NCBI GenBank assembly: GCA_038204425.1
Contig: JBBRCZ010000001.1
Location: 512,639 to 576,638, forward strand
Reading direction: 5' to 3'
DNA from: Spirochaetia bacterium
GTDB taxonomy: Bacteria; Spirochaetota; Spirochaetia; DSM-27196; Salinispiraceae
DNA: 64,000 bases
The first letter of the stretch is position 1; every line of letters starts with the position of its first letter. Below the pieces are notes generated by a model. That model ran no database searches and had not been told where the DNA came from. It was given only the letters and a program-made list of their open reading frames with translations. The position numbers and the translations under genes are program-made. Below, one piece after another: positions 8,980 through 20,273 of the stretch.

Positions 8980-9645
8980 GTGTCTATGAGACTAACCAAG
9001 CAAACCTTAGCCAGCATGGCTTTTGTGTTTATCAGCGCAGTTATGACCCTAACATGGTCATGCAAAATTGACGAACAACACCTCAAAGATGAGCTACTTT
9101 CTACTATGCAAGCAGATGAGCTGCTGTATTTTTCCGAGTCAGTGCAAACAAGTGAGCACGGCAGTGACTTAAACAAAGCCGCTCGTGAAGCCGCTCGCCG
9201 AGGGCACATCGGCGTGCTGTCCTGGTTAAAAGCAAAAGGTGCCGATCTCAATCGTTCAGACGCAGAGGGCTGGTCTCCAATTCTCTATGCAGCGGAAAAC
9301 GCACAACTTGACACCCTACGCTACCTGGTTGAGAAGGCAGGCGTCGATGTTCGCGCTCGCAGCAAAGGTCGTCAAACGGCTCTCATGCTGGCGTGTTTGG
9401 GTGGACAAACCGATGTTTGTCGCTATCTTCTTGATCGCGGTGCCAACCTCAATGCACGCACCCTCCAAGGAAGTACGGCACTAATGTATGCAGCGGCCTC
9501 AGGCAAACTTGACTTGGTGCAAATGCTGATAGAAAGTGGCGCGGACAAACAGGCAAGCGACTTACAGCAACGAACAGCACTGTCTTTTAGTAAAAATGAG
9601 ACAGTCAAAAACTATCTAAGTTCCCAAGGACTAGTGCAGCCTTAG
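8980..9645 (+). CDS. Ankyrin-repeat protein, possible lipoprotein
   Basis: Repeats GWSPILYAA, TALMLACLGG and TALMYAAASG; signal peptide followed by a Cys. Confidence 0.85.
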   Translation: MSMRLTKQTLASMAFVFISAVMTLTWSCKIDEQHLKDELLSTMQADELLYFSESVQTSEHGSDLNKAAREAARRGHIGVLSWLKAKGADLNRSDAEGWSPILYAAENAQLDTLRYLVEKAGVDVRARSKGRQTALMLACLGGQTDVCRYLLDRGANLNARTLQGSTALMYAAASGKLDLVQMLIESGADKQASDLQQRTALSFSKNETVKNYLSSQGLVQP

Positions 9646-9717
9646 ACTTAACATAAACAGCTTAGATACCACGTCTTGCAGGCCAGTTAAAAGTACCTTA
9701 AACTTACTGCTCAGGAG

Positions 9718-12675
9718 TTGACCTTGCCGCTTGTCACCCACGTCAGTGATTCAGAAAGCAAATCCAATCTCTTGGTTGTTACCTTTTTTGTTCTCTTTGT
9801 TGCAATCCTTGCAATCGGTTTTGGCTTGGTTATTTTTCCGAAGCATAGCAAAATTAGTGCGGATAATCCGGTGTCTGGCCTAGTAGACGCTAGCAAAATC
9901 AATTTTGGCGACAACCTAGTCTTAAGCCTTGATGCTAATTGGCTCTTCACTGCCAACCGTTTGGTTGATCCAATGCAGCTAAAATTTCCACCGACGAATA
10001 CTAGGCTTATTGATTCTCTTGATGATATTATAACCCTCCAAGAAAATACCATTTCCTTTTTGGTACCGGGATCGTGGGATGACGTATCTGCGGTTCAACA
10101 AACCTTGGGAATAGCAAGTTACGCTCTAAGGCTTGTACTTCCTACCAAAAGACCAGACTTTCTCTCACTTCGTTTTCCGGCTTTAAATGGTGCAAGCATA
10201 ATTTTCATAAACGGTGAAGCGCGCTACTACAATGGAGTTGTTTCAGAATCCCGCGACAAATACGAAGCGCGTGCTATAGCACGACAAGTAATCATAAAAC
10301 CAAATAGTGATTTTATTGATATTGTGGTTCATCACGCCAATTTTTCCAGTGTACGTCCGGGTATCCTTGAGGCTCCCGTTTTTGGTGCCAGCGATAAGAT
10401 TGCTCAGATTGTTACTATAGAAACTGCTTCTACCTTTGCACTGGTTTCCAGCTTGTTGATTCTTGGTATCTACTTGTGCAACTTCTACGCCTTTCGTCGC
10501 CGAGAACCTGCAACCTTTATTCTTGGCGTCTTTTCTTTGATAATTGGGGTCAGATCTTTTTTTGTAAACGCCTTTGGACTTGAAGCTGTAGTTACGCTAT
10601 TGGATTGGGAAACTTTTATGAAGATTCCTTATCTGTGCTACTATCTAGCGATACCGCTCTTTCTGCACTATCTATTTTTTACCTTTCGACAAGAAAGCGC
10701 CAAGACGCCCCTCTATATCAGCTATGCAGTAAGTATTTTTTTTGCTGCCTTTACCCTGCTCGGTGACTATCGTATCTACCACTATTTATTGCCCTTTTAT
10801 CATGTTTTTAATGCTTTGGCAGCTATCTATGCTATTTATATCGTTGCAAGAGCCCTAAGACGCCACCGTCCAGGTTCCACCTTATTTGCACTTAGTTTTT
10901 TGGTGCTGCTTATCGCCTTCGCAATCGATATAATCTTGGTCTATCGCGTCATAAACCAAGTTCAATTGTCAGCTCCTGTCTTGCTGTTTTTCTTGCTTGT
11001 ACAATCGCTTCTTTTAAGTTGGCGCTTTAACGATGACTATGATCGCTCCCAATCCCTATCCTTAGAACTCAAAAAACTAATTGCGCAGCACGATGAGATC
11101 CAAGAAAATCTAGAACACACCGTTCTAGATCGAACCAGAGAGTTAACCAAAGCGCTTGAGCTTTCCAACCAGGCCAGTCGTGCAAAGAGTGAGTTTTTGG
11201 CCAATATGAGCCACGAAATCCGAACCCCGCTCAATGCGATTATAGGTTTTACTGAGCTACTAGCCGACAATCCTGATGCACAAACTCGTTCTCGGTATCT
11301 CGACTTGGTATTATCCGAGGCAAGCAGACTCTTACAGTTAATCAACCAGCTCTTAGACGTTTCCAAGATCGAAGCCAACAAACTCGTCTTGGAGCACCAT
11401 CCCTTTGATTTACACGAAATGTTTCAGACACTCGCTGCGACTATGCATATACGAACCCAACCGGTTGGACTGGCCTTCTTCCTCCACCTCGACGACAATT
11501 TGCCACGCTTTGTTACCGGTGATGCACTGCGCCTGCGGCAGATCTTTGACAATCTACTTGGCAATGCACTCAAGTTTACCGAGCAAGGAAGCATCAGCCT
11601 GCATGCCAAACTAATAACTTTTACTGACAAACGACTCGAACTCCAATGCGAAGTTATTGATACCGGTATAGGAATACCCTTGGAACGTCAGGCAGCCGTC
11701 TTCGAAAGCTTTCAACAAGCTGACACAAGCATGACGCGCTTGTATGGAGGCTCAGGACTTGGAACCACCATAGCAAAGCGACTGGTTGAAATGATGCACG
11801 GCAGCATTAATTTTGAGTCAGCGCCTGGCAAAGGCACCACTTTTAGATTTGTGATTGCCTTAGATTTGTCGTCTCCAGCTAGCGTTCCATCTGGTCATCT
11901 CAAAGATCACTTAACCGAACCATGCTGGATCAACAACCCGGTTTGTCTGATAGTAGAAGACTATGAGGTCAATGCTGAAATCACGGCACGTCACCTGCAA
12001 CATGCCGGTTGGATGGTAAAGGTGTGCAACAACGGCAAAGAAGCTGTAAGTTTGTTTGAACAAGAACATTTTGACCTCGTTCTTATGGACATCCAGATGC
12101 CAATTATGGACGGTCTTGAGGCAACTAAAATTCTGCGATCCAAGTATGCTCGCTCGATTCCAATTCTTGGACTGAGTGCAAATGCCTTTGCTGAGGATAG
12201 GAAGCGCTGTTTAGAATCAGGCATGAATGGACTCATTCCAAAGCCAACTCGACGCCAATACCTATTAGAAACCTTGGCCCATTTTGTTCCACCTGGATCA
12301 TACATTGAGAACAGTCTCATTATTCCTGGACCAAACGACAATGGCAGTGCAAGCAGCTCAAACTACCAGTCGCTGCTCCAAGACCTCGGTGGTGACCTAT
12401 TGGTTTTTCTCACTATTGTCAAAGGTTTTTTAGAGAGCAGCACTGAAAACATTCACACAATGTACACAGCCTTGAGCCATGCAGATGCTAGTACGCTACA
12501 TAGGCTGGCTCACGCAACCAAGGGTGGTGCACTAAACGTTGGTGCCAGTTCTGTACAAGAACGCGCCAGAGTTCTTGAGCAAAGCGCCAAAAAAGGAAAC
12601 CTCGACATTTGCAAGGAGCAGCTTTCTCAACTAGAGGAAAGCCTCAATGAACTTAGAGACGTTTGGGGATTATGA
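9718..12675 (+). CDS. Hybrid sensor histidine kinase (7TM-DISM-like input, HisKA, HATPase, REC, Hpt)
   Basis: [40 protein letters not shown] and LAHATKG motifs. Confidence 0.92.
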   Translation: MTLPLVTHVSDSESKSNLLVVTFFVLFVAILAIGFGLVIFPKHSKISADNPVSGLVDASKINFGDNLVLSLDANWLFTANRLVDPMQLKFPPTNTRLIDSLDDIITLQENTISFLVPGSWDDVSAVQQTLGIASYALRLVLPTKRPDFLSLRFPALNGASIIFINGEARYYNGVVSESRDKYEARAIARQVIIKPNSDFIDIVVHHANFSSVRPGILEAPVFGASDKIAQIVTIETASTFALVSSLLILGIYLCNFYAFRRREPATFILGVFSLIIGVRSFFVNAFGLEAVVTLLDWETFMKIPYLCYYLAIPLFLHYLFFTFRQESAKTPLYISYAVSIFFAAFTLLGDYRIYHYLLPFYHVFNALAAIYAIYIVARALRRHRPGSTLFALSFLVLLIAFAIDIILVYRVINQVQLSAPVLLFFLLVQSLLLSWRFNDDYDRSQSLSLELKKLIAQHDEIQENLEHTVLDRTRELTKALELSNQASRAKSEFLANMSHEIRTPLNAIIGFTELLADNPDAQTRSRYLDLVLSEASRLLQLINQLLDVSKIEANKLVLEHHPFDLHEMFQTLAATMHIRTQPVGLAFFLHLDDNLPRFVTGDALRLRQIFDNLLGNALKFTEQGSISLHAKLITFTDKRLELQCEVIDTGIGIPLERQAAVFESFQQADTSMTRLYGGSGLGTTIAKRLVEMMHGSINFESAPGKGTTFRFVIALDLSSPASVPSGHLKDHLTEPCWINNPVCLIVEDYEVNAEITARHLQHAGWMVKVCNNGKEAVSLFEQEHFDLVLMDIQMPIMDGLEATKILRSKYARSIPILGLSANAFAEDRKRCLESGMNGLIPKPTRRQYLLETLAHFVPPGSYIENSLIIPGPNDNGSASSSNYQSLLQDLGGDLLVFLTIVKGFLESSTENIHTMYTALSHADASTLHRLAHATKGGALNVGASSVQERARVLEQSAKKGNLDICKEQLSQLEESLNELRDVWGL

Positions 12676-12717
12676 CAGCTAGACCCCGGGTGCTATTTGA
12701 CGGTCGTTGTCTCCAGA

Positions 12718-13620
12718 TTATTCCAAAACAGCATTATTGCGAATAGAAAGCATACGCAATGCATCATCGAGTAACACCAACTGGGTAATCATGGTTCTAA
12801 ACAAGCTATAGTGTGTGCCAGCATCAAAACGTTGCACCTTGGCAAGTAACTCTTGGTCAAGACCAACCAAACGAGCATTTTCTCCTTGCGCAAGCGCGCT
12901 GTATTTTCTGTACGGGCTGTCTACTATTCTTGAGTAGCCAAAAAAATCTCCGGGACCAAACTCAAACAGAGTCAGATCCTGATCACTGCTTTTGAGCCCA
13001 ACCTTGATACTTCCTTCTATTACTATGTAGGACTGACCATCATTGCGGTCGCCCTGAGAAAAAACTGGCTTACCTGAGCCGATTAAGATACTACGTGAAT
13101 GATTGAGCATTTCGGGTATTCGCAAACATTTTTTTCTATTTTCCAAAATTATGGGCACGAGTTGAGGATCAACAATTAGAGGCCTATCAATTGCAAATCG
13201 TACTAGGAGTGATAGTACTTTTTCGATCCTTTGTATGGCACAATCGCTTAGCTGATCCAAAAAACCAAAAGATTTTTCTATTAGAGCAAGAAACTGCTGC
13301 TCCTTGATAAAAGCGACAGTAGTTCCGTCCATACTTGCTACAACGCTCGCCAAGCGCGGGCGATCCAAAACCAGGGCTGTTTCGCCAAAGAACTGCCCTA
13401 CTTTGATAAAACCCAAAAGTGCCCGAGCGCCAGGAATGTCCTGAACCACTTTAGCCTCTCCTGCTAAGAGAAATGCCAGACCCTCAGTGGCAAGCGCACC
13501 TTCTTCTACGATGGTCTGCCCTTGAGAGTAGTGAAGTACAGTCGACTCATGTGCCAAAAGTGTTGCTAGTTCTAGTCGATCCATAAGTCTCAGTCTCGTA
13601 CCTTGCTCAGGACCCGTCAA
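12718..13620 (-). CDS. Tandem cyclic-nucleotide-binding domain protein
   Basis: Two cNMP domains (GQFFGETAL...PRLASV; GPGDFFG...RKYSA). Confidence 0.8.
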   Translation of the reverse strand: MTGPEQGTRLRLMDRLELATLLAHESTVLHYSQGQTIVEEGALATEGLAFLLAGEAKVVQDIPGARALLGFIKVGQFFGETALVLDRPRLASVVASMDGTTVAFIKEQQFLALIEKSFGFLDQLSDCAIQRIEKVLSLLVRFAIDRPLIVDPQLVPIILENRKKCLRIPEMLNHSRSILIGSGKPVFSQGDRNDGQSYIVIEGSIKVGLKSSDQDLTLFEFGPGDFFGYSRIVDSPYRKYSALAQGENARLVGLDQELLAKVQRFDAGTHYSLFRTMITQLVLLDDALRMLSIRNNAVLE

Positions 13621-13647
13621 GCAAGTAACTATTGTTGTTTCTGGCTA

Positions 13648-15123
13648 CTATTTGACCAGATCCTTAAGTGTTTGGATTGCTTTTGCAAGTCGTCTTGTTG
13701 TTTTCTCCAGACCAAGCAACCTAATGCTTGGCATAAGGGGCGGGCTAGCACTGGTCCCCGTCAAAACCAAGCGTAACGGCATCAATAGCTGGCCAAGTTT
13801 TAAACCCCAGTCTTGGGCAAGTTGGTGAAAATGCGCCTCATTTTGCTCGTCGCTTCGATCCAAAAATCCAACAAAGGCCGTTTGTGCCTTTTCCAAAATC
13901 GCACATACGTCGGCCGTATTCTGTTTTTTGGGTACAATTAGCTCTGGTTTGGATAAATCTGGTTCTGCAAAAAGAAAACCCAAGACTATTGGTGCATCAC
14001 TTAGTTTGTGCAAACGATCACGCGCAATAGGCAATGCTTGGCTCAATAGTATCGCGTGTTCAGTAAGATTTCCCGCAAACAAGCCAGCTTTCTGCATTTC
14101 TGGTACTATCAAGTGACACAGTCGCTCATGGTCGAGGCTTCGCAGATAGTGCGCGTTAAACCAATCGAGTTTTTGATAGTCAAAACTAGCGGGGCTTTTC
14201 GATAGTTTTTCCAAAGTAAAGAGTTTTTCCAAATCTTGTTTTTCAAAAAGCTCTCGTTCACCATCAAAACTCCAACCTAAGAGTGTAATATAATTGATGA
14301 TTGCTTCGGGCAGGTAACCGGCCAACCTAAAGTCTTGTGCGCTGGTAGAACCATGACGTTTAGACAGTTTGTGACCATCTGAGCCCATAATCATTGACAA
14401 ATGGCAATAGATGGGGGCCTGCCAGGCAAATGCCTCAAAAATCTGGACATGTAAAGGCGCTGACGGTAGCCACTCTTGGCCTCTAAGAACATGACTTGTC
14501 TGCATAAAATGATCATCAACAACGTGCGCCAAATGGTAGGTCGGAAAGCCGTCACTTTTGAGAATCACCGGATCAGGGTTAATGTTTTTGTTGGGCCACG
14601 CCACCTCGCCCAAAAGAATATCGTTGACCATTGTCTCACCAAGCAAAGCGCCTTTGAACCTAATCACATGTTTCTCACCGCTTGCTATCCTGCCAGCCGC
14701 CACATTTGGATCAAGATCCCTACAGCGTCGGTCGTAACCAGTAGATGCGCCTCCGTCAGCAGTTTGTTGCTCACGCATACGTTCCAAGTCTTCGGAACTA
14801 CAGAAACAAGCATATGCTTTATCGTCGTTGACCAGTTTTTGGGAGTGCGTCTTATAGAGCTCTACTCGTTGAGACTGGACATATGGTCCAAATTCGCCAC
14901 CCTCTCGTGGACCTTCATCCAGTTCGATACCAAGCCAAGCAAGGGTCTCATATATATCCTCAACCGCCCGATCGTCATAACGCGACTGATCAGTATCCTC
15001 AATACGTAGAAAAAACTCTCCACCGCTGGCCTTGGCAAAAAAATAGTTAAATAGTGCGGTTCTTACGCCACCAATATGTTGAAGACCAGTGGGCGAAGGT
15101 GCGTAGCGTACTCGTGTTTTCAT
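13648..15123 (-). CDS. gltX: Glutamate--tRNA ligase
   Basis: RYAPSPTG.QHIGG, LRIEDTD and KLSKRHG motifs. Confidence 0.97.
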   Translation of the reverse strand: MKTRVRYAPSPTGLQHIGGVRTALFNYFFAKASGGEFFLRIEDTDQSRYDDRAVEDIYETLAWLGIELDEGPREGGEFGPYVQSQRVELYKTHSQKLVNDDKAYACFCSSEDLERMREQQTADGGASTGYDRRCRDLDPNVAAGRIASGEKHVIRFKGALLGETMVNDILLGEVAWPNKNINPDPVILKSDGFPTYHLAHVVDDHFMQTSHVLRGQEWLPSAPLHVQIFEAFAWQAPIYCHLSMIMGSDGHKLSKRHGSTSAQDFRLAGYLPEAIINYITLLGWSFDGERELFEKQDLEKLFTLEKLSKSPASFDYQKLDWFNAHYLRSLDHERLCHLIVPEMQKAGLFAGNLTEHAILLSQALPIARDRLHKLSDAPIVLGFLFAEPDLSKPELIVPKKQNTADVCAILEKAQTAFVGFLDRSDEQNEAHFHQLAQDWGLKLGQLLMPLRLVLTGTSASPPLMPSIRLLGLEKTTRRLAKAIQTLKDLVK

Positions 15124-15131
15124 AAGTGCTC

Positions 15132-15160
15132 ATTATAGGCGTAAGAAAGTATTCTCGCAA
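15132..15160 (-). promoter_or_regulatory. sigma70 promoter of gltX (near-leaderless)
   Basis: TTGCGA-17-TATAAT-8-ATG with no SD. Confidence 0.65.
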
Positions 15161-15223
15161 CCTTGGACAGTTGACTTGTTTAAGCAAGCAACGTAGCATT
15201 CCAAAAAAAAAGGAACCTGCTAC

Positions 15224-16510
15224 ATGGATGTCTATAGTTGGATTGCCATCATTGCTTTTGTTACGGTTTTTATCCTTATTTCTTTTGAATTGATCAACAA
15301 AGCCATTGCTTCATTGGCTGGCGCCGCCTTATTTATGATTTTGGGCATAGTTAAACCTGATCAAGGCTATCACGCCATAGACTGGAGTGTAGTTATTTTT
15401 CTGGTCAGTATGATGATTTTGGTGTCCTTAACCAAACGCAGCGGAGTCTTTGAGTTTATTGCCATCAAAACTGCCAAGTTTTCCAAGGGCGACCCAATCC
15501 GTATTTTGGTACTTATGTCTGTCATCACTGCGCTATCTGCCTCGTTGCTTGGTACAGTTGCAACTGTCTTGATATTGAGTCCCGTGTTTATTCTGATAGC
15601 CGTAGAACTTGCCATCAGTCCCGTTCCTTTTTTGATTGTAATGGCCCTGTGTGCCAACTTAGGAGGCGCCGCAACGTTGATTGGCGACCCAACAAGTATA
15701 TTGATTGGTAGCTCTGCCAAGTTTGGATTTTTAGAGTTTGTACTCAACAATGGTTTTTTTATGCTCATTTTGCTTGCTGTCATCCTATTCATTTTGAGCA
15801 AATTCTTTAAGAAAAAGATGGTAGTTTCTAACGAACGCAAGGCTCGCATAATGGAGTTTAATACCACACGCATCATTCGCGACAAGCCACTCTTGATAAA
15901 ATGTTTGATAACTTTAGCAATAGTCGTTTTGGGCTTTGTTTTTGGCGCTTATGTTGGCCTACAAGCACCTTTGGTTGCCCTCTGTGGTTGTTTGCTGCTT
16001 TTGCTTGCCAGCGAGCGCCATGACATAGACAAAGTTCTACTCGAAGTAGAATGGTCTACGATACTTTTTTTCGTCGGGCTTTTTATCATGGTGCTAGGTT
16101 TAGAAAATCTGGGCCTAATAGACAAGCTGGCCACCATTGTAATCCAGTTAACTGGTGGCAATTTGCTTTTAACGGCCATATTGATAATTTGGGTATCTGC
16201 TGTTGCTTCTGCTTTTGTTGACAACATCCCCTACGTTATTGCTATGATACCGCTGATAGAAAATTTAAGCCGTGCCTATGGAACAAGTGAAGTGGCACCC
16301 TTGTGGTGGGCCTTGAGCCTTGGCGCAGTTCTAGGTGGCAACGCTACTCTAATTGGCGCAAGTGCCAACGTGGTTACGGCCGGCATTGCGGGCAAGAGTG
16401 GTATTCCGATTAGTTTTGCGAGCTTTGCGCGCCTTGCTGTTCCGTTGGCGTTGGTCAGTTTAGTCTTGGCAACTGGGTATATTTATATTAGGTATTTTTT
16501 GCTTCGATAA
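15224..16510 (+). CDS. ArsB/NhaD/SLC13-family ion transporter
   Basis: ANLGGAATLIGDP, SAFVDNIP and LGGNATLIGASANVV motifs. Confidence 0.88.
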   Translation: MDVYSWIAIIAFVTVFILISFELINKAIASLAGAALFMILGIVKPDQGYHAIDWSVVIFLVSMMILVSLTKRSGVFEFIAIKTAKFSKGDPIRILVLMSVITALSASLLGTVATVLILSPVFILIAVELAISPVPFLIVMALCANLGGAATLIGDPTSILIGSSAKFGFLEFVLNNGFFMLILLAVILFILSKFFKKKMVVSNERKARIMEFNTTRIIRDKPLLIKCLITLAIVVLGFVFGAYVGLQAPLVALCGCLLLLLASERHDIDKVLLEVEWSTILFFVGLFIMVLGLENLGLIDKLATIVIQLTGGNLLLTAILIIWVSAVASAFVDNIPYVIAMIPLIENLSRAYGTSEVAPLWWALSLGAVLGGNATLIGASANVVTAGIAGKSGIPISFASFARLAVPLALVSLVLATGYIYIRYFLLR

Positions 16511-16572
16511 AATGTCAATTGAACTTAGCTGTGGTTAAAATCATTTTGACAAACGGGCCAGTAGACTGCTAT

Positions 16573-17271
16573 ATGCATCACACCATCGCACAGCCGACAA
16601 CAAATTCCATCGACGCTCTGTATAGTCAGGAAAAGTCAGACCTTTTGCCACGAGAAAAAGCTCTAGCATTAGGTATTGACCAACTAAATGATCTGGAACT
16701 CTTGCAAAGTATCCTAGGTGCAGGAATCAAAGGGCGGCCGGTCCAAGAATTGGCTCGCCAAGTGCTAAGCTACTTGAGTCACGAACCCAATGGACCTTCG
16801 CTAGAAAGACTTTGTCAGTTGCAAGGCATAGGCAGCGCTAAGGCAATTCTCATCTGTTCCGCAGTTGAGCTGTGTCGGAGACTCTATTTTCCGCGAAAAA
16901 CTCGTATACAAAAACCAGAAGATGTTTGGCAAAACGTACGCCACTTTGCCGACCGCGAGCAAGAACATTTTTTATGTCTGACCTTAAACGGTGCGCACGA
17001 ACTAATTAAAGTGTGTATTGTAACAGTTGGACTTGTGAACAAAACCATGGTACATCCGCGCGAGGTATTTGCCCCCGCAATTATAGACAGGGCAACCTCG
17101 CTAATGGTTGCTCACAACCACCCTTCCGGCAACTTAGAACCAAGCGCCGAGGACATTGCAGTAACCAATCGTTTGCGAATGGCAGGGGAAACTTTGGGGA
17201 TTCAACTACTCGACCACCTTATTTTCTCCAAAACCGCCTATCTTTCCTTTAAAGAACGAGAACTACTTTAA
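16573..17271 (+). CDS. radC: RadC (JAB/MPN domain) protein; start uncertain
   Basis: PREK, HhH motif GIGSAKA, VHPREVF and HNHPSGNLEPSAED motifs. Confidence 0.92.
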   Translation: MHHTIAQPTTNSIDALYSQEKSDLLPREKALALGIDQLNDLELLQSILGAGIKGRPVQELARQVLSYLSHEPNGPSLERLCQLQGIGSAKAILICSAVELCRRLYFPRKTRIQKPEDVWQNVRHFADREQEHFLCLTLNGAHELIKVCIVTVGLVNKTMVHPREVFAPAIIDRATSLMVAHNHPSGNLEPSAEDIAVTNRLRMAGETLGIQLLDHLIFSKTAYLSFKERELL

Positions 17272-17416
17272 GGTAAAATCTATCACCGTCACTGGTCCAT
17301 CCGATGTGGTCTTGATTCCTTGGGCCTGCAAAGGCTACAATGCTGAGGACTTCTAGACAGCGACCTAAAAATCTGCAGTTTAGTTGGGTAATGTGAAAGA
17401 CAGGAACGAGGTTGCA

Positions 17417-17797
17417 ATGTCAGATTTAAGAGTACGTTCGGTTGGCGAAGAAGACTTGGGGACTATTTTTGACAATGATGTTGAGTTTGACGGCGAAATG
17501 CTGCTCGAACTGCCTATTCTAATTCATGGTAAAATCAAAGGTTCCATAAAGAGCTCCAGTGACGTTTTTATCGGCGAAGGATCAACCCTAGAAGCCGAAG
17601 TCGTAGCCCGCCGAATTAGTATCAAAGGCAAAGCAAATACAAACATGCGCGCGAGTGAGAGAATTGAGTTGTTTCGCACGGCCCGGATTCAGGGCAGTCT
17701 TCATACTCCAGAATTAATAGTACAAAGCGGCGCCCGCTTCAGCGGCCCATGCACCATGCCAATGGGCGATGATGCAACAGGAGACGATGCCAAATGA
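17417..17797 (+). CDS. Bactofilin (polymer-forming cytoskeletal protein)
   Basis: Beta-helix repeats ending GARFSGPCTM; GAGG SD before the ATG at 17417. Confidence 0.85.
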   Translation: MSDLRVRSVGEEDLGTIFDNDVEFDGEMLLELPILIHGKIKGSIKSSSDVFIGEGSTLEAEVVARRISIKGKANTNMRASERIELFRTARIQGSLHTPELIVQSGARFSGPCTMPMGDDATGDDAK

Positions 17798-18549
17798 AAT
17801 TGACCAAATTTTCCTTAGTGATTCAAACAACTGCTTTTATAGCATTGTTTGCGGTGTGGCAACCTTTGCTTGGCGCACAGGAAGGCAATGCAAACAGCAC
17901 CAGCACGGTACAATTGAGCTCGTCAACAACTGTCGCATCTCTTAGATCCAGAAATGAAGACGCGCTTATTGCCTACCGCAATCGTGATTTCCAGTCCGCT
18001 ATCTCGATTACTCTCAAGGAAATTCAACAAAGTCCATCCAATCTAGACAGTTATGCAGTTCTTGGTTGGAGTCTTAACGCGCTTAAACGTTATGACGAAG
18101 CTATTCGTTACACTCAACAAGGGCGTGCTTATGGCTCTAACGACCAAAGATTAATTGGTATTATGGCTGAAGCCCATTTTGCCTTGGGCAATGATGTAAA
18201 TGCAATTGCCTTTTTCCAAACCTATATTGCAATTATTGGCCGTATCCCTGGTTATGATACAAGATACATTCGCGACGCTTACCGGGATTTAGCAGAAGTT
18301 TTTATCCGTAACGGCGAACTACATCACGCAGACATAGCCTTAAGTTCTTCAATTGCTTGGAACCGCGGTAGCTCAGCGCTTGACCCAGTTAGACTGAGTA
18401 GGCTTTGGTCCAGACTTGGCTACGTTAGGGAACTACTCAAGGATCTTGTCCAAGCGCGAACCGCTTGGGAACAGGCTCGACGTCTGGATCCAGCGATGAC
18501 AGAAGCCCAACAAGCACTAGTTAGGTTACAAGGCAGTACAAATCCCTAG
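17794..18549 (+). CDS. Exported TPR protein
   Basis: Signal peptide and TPR-like helices; coupled to the bactofilin gene. Confidence 0.75.
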   Translation: MKLTKFSLVIQTTAFIALFAVWQPLLGAQEGNANSTSTVQLSSSTTVASLRSRNEDALIAYRNRDFQSAISITLKEIQQSPSNLDSYAVLGWSLNALKRYDEAIRYTQQGRAYGSNDQRLIGIMAEAHFALGNDVNAIAFFQTYIAIIGRIPGYDTRYIRDAYRDLAEVFIRNGELHHADIALSSSIAWNRGSSALDPVRLSRLWSRLGYVRELLKDLVQARTAWEQARRLDPAMTEAQQALVRLQGSTNP

Positions 18550-18649
18550 TTTTTTTTGTTCTAGAAATGGAATCTTTGCTCATTTAGTACTATGATGGTA
18601 GAACGATTGGTTCCAATAGATAATTTGGAAACAACACACGGAGGTATAC

Positions 18650-20206
18650 ATGAGTAAAATACTTGGTCTATTAACGTTTCTTGTTTTAACAACAGGTCTC
18701 GTAAGTGCACAAGAAGACATCTTTAAGCCAGCAAACCCCATAACCATGGGTCGTGGTGGGGCCTTTACCGCTGACGGAGAAGGATACAATGCATTCTTTT
18801 ATAATCCTGCCGGTTTTAATCGCAAATCGGAGTTCTCCTTCTCGGTTAATGGCTATGGGATAATTGACAATAAGATTATTAAGATTATTTTTTCGACTAT
18901 TGGCGGGGCTAACCCCTTGGCAGGAGGAGATTCGGGCAATCCGGCGGACGCCTTGGCCGGACTGGGTATCACCATTGATGAAACTCAAATTACTGAGCTT
19001 GAGACATTCGTGACTGACGTTAACACTAATGCACCGAACGCCTTTGGAGATGCCCTTGTGAGTTTGGGCGCGAGCAATCCAGAACTTCAGGCTTTGCTTC
19101 CCAGCGATCCAAGCACACTTAGCAATGAACAAGCAATTGCACTTTTGATCCAAACCACCAGTGACCCTCAAGAACTGGGTACTTTGATCGACAGCTACAT
19201 TGCTGCAGTTGCTGCTGCGTCGGGGGAAACACCCGGAGCTTCTCTTGCTAACATTGGAACAGATCTCGTTGCATCCCTAGAAAACGCCTTCCCCTCTGGG
19301 AACATTAACGGTGGCGTTTCACTTGGTCTAGGTTATGTAGGCAACGGATTTGGTATCGGTCTTTTTGCTAATGCCGAGGTTGGTGTCTATACACCAGAAG
19401 GCAAAAGCATACTTTCGGCACAGGGCATTATAACCAATACTATTACTCTTGCCGGCGGTGCAGCGTTTGAACTTGCAAAGGGTTTGGACATTGGCTTTTT
19501 GATTAGACCAACCATCCTTGGATATACTAGTATTGACCCACTCGATATTCTACTTCCTCTGCTACAAGGTGGTGAAGTTTCAGCTGACTTAAACTCGCTA
19601 TTAAATGGTGGGGTCTATCAAGGCTTTTATCTTGGCCTAGACGTAGGTGTATTGTGGGATGTCATAGACGGAGTTACACTCGGAGCAACGCTCAAGGATA
19701 TTATTCCATACCAAGTAAGCTACACAAAGTTTGACACCATTGATGAATATCTCGCTAACTTTGGAAATGTTGGCAGTGGCCTAGCAGCTGGTATTGATTT
19801 GGCCAGTCTATATCAAGTTCCTCCACTTAAACTAAACGTAGGCATCATGTGGGCACCCCAGATGGGTGATATCAACAAAATCATTAGTCCAAAATTTAAC
19901 CTAGACCTTCTGGACCTGTTTGGCTTTATTCGTTATTTGGATGAAACTGGTACCCCGCCTTTGGCATTGGTTGGCAAGGACTATGACTTTCTCAATTTTG
20001 TTAACTTGGGTGCCGAGATTAAGTTCTTTGAAATACTTAGTGCTCGGGCTGGTTACTACAGCAAGTCCTTAACCTTGGGAATAGGTGCGCATCTCTTGTT
20101 CTTGGACATTAACGCAGCCTTTGCCTTTAAGAACCCTAAAGAAGTAAATGGTGAGTTCCAGTTTACTGATGTAGGCGGTAGTCTTGAAGTTGCAATTAGG
20201 TTCTAG
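18650..20206 (+). CDS. Outer-membrane beta-barrel, FadL/TraF-like
   Basis: Signal peptide, MGRGGAFTA...AFFYNPAG hatch motif, amphipathic strands and terminal IRF. Confidence 0.72.
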   Translation: MSKILGLLTFLVLTTGLVSAQEDIFKPANPITMGRGGAFTADGEGYNAFFYNPAGFNRKSEFSFSVNGYGIIDNKIIKIIFSTIGGANPLAGGDSGNPADALAGLGITIDETQITELETFVTDVNTNAPNAFGDALVSLGASNPELQALLPSDPSTLSNEQAIALLIQTTSDPQELGTLIDSYIAAVAAASGETPGASLANIGTDLVASLENAFPSGNINGGVSLGLGYVGNGFGIGLFANAEVGVYTPEGKSILSAQGIITNTITLAGGAAFELAKGLDIGFLIRPTILGYTSIDPLDILLPLLQGGEVSADLNSLLNGGVYQGFYLGLDVGVLWDVIDGVTLGATLKDIIPYQVSYTKFDTIDEYLANFGNVGSGLAAGIDLASLYQVPPLKLNVGIMWAPQMGDINKIISPKFNLDLLDLFGFIRYLDETGTPPLALVGKDYDFLNFVNLGAEIKFFEILSARAGYYSKSLTLGIGAHLLFLDINAAFAFKNPKEVNGEFQFTDVGGSLEVAIRF

Positions 20207-20236
20207 TCTTTCAACGATTAGTTTACTTTCTTGATC

Positions 20237-20273
20237 AAAAAAAAGCTGTCCAGTATACTGGGCAGCTTTTTTT
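20237..20273. terminator. Bidirectional intrinsic terminator
   Basis: A8-gctgtccagta/tactgggcagc-T7 hairpin between convergent genes. Confidence 0.8.
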
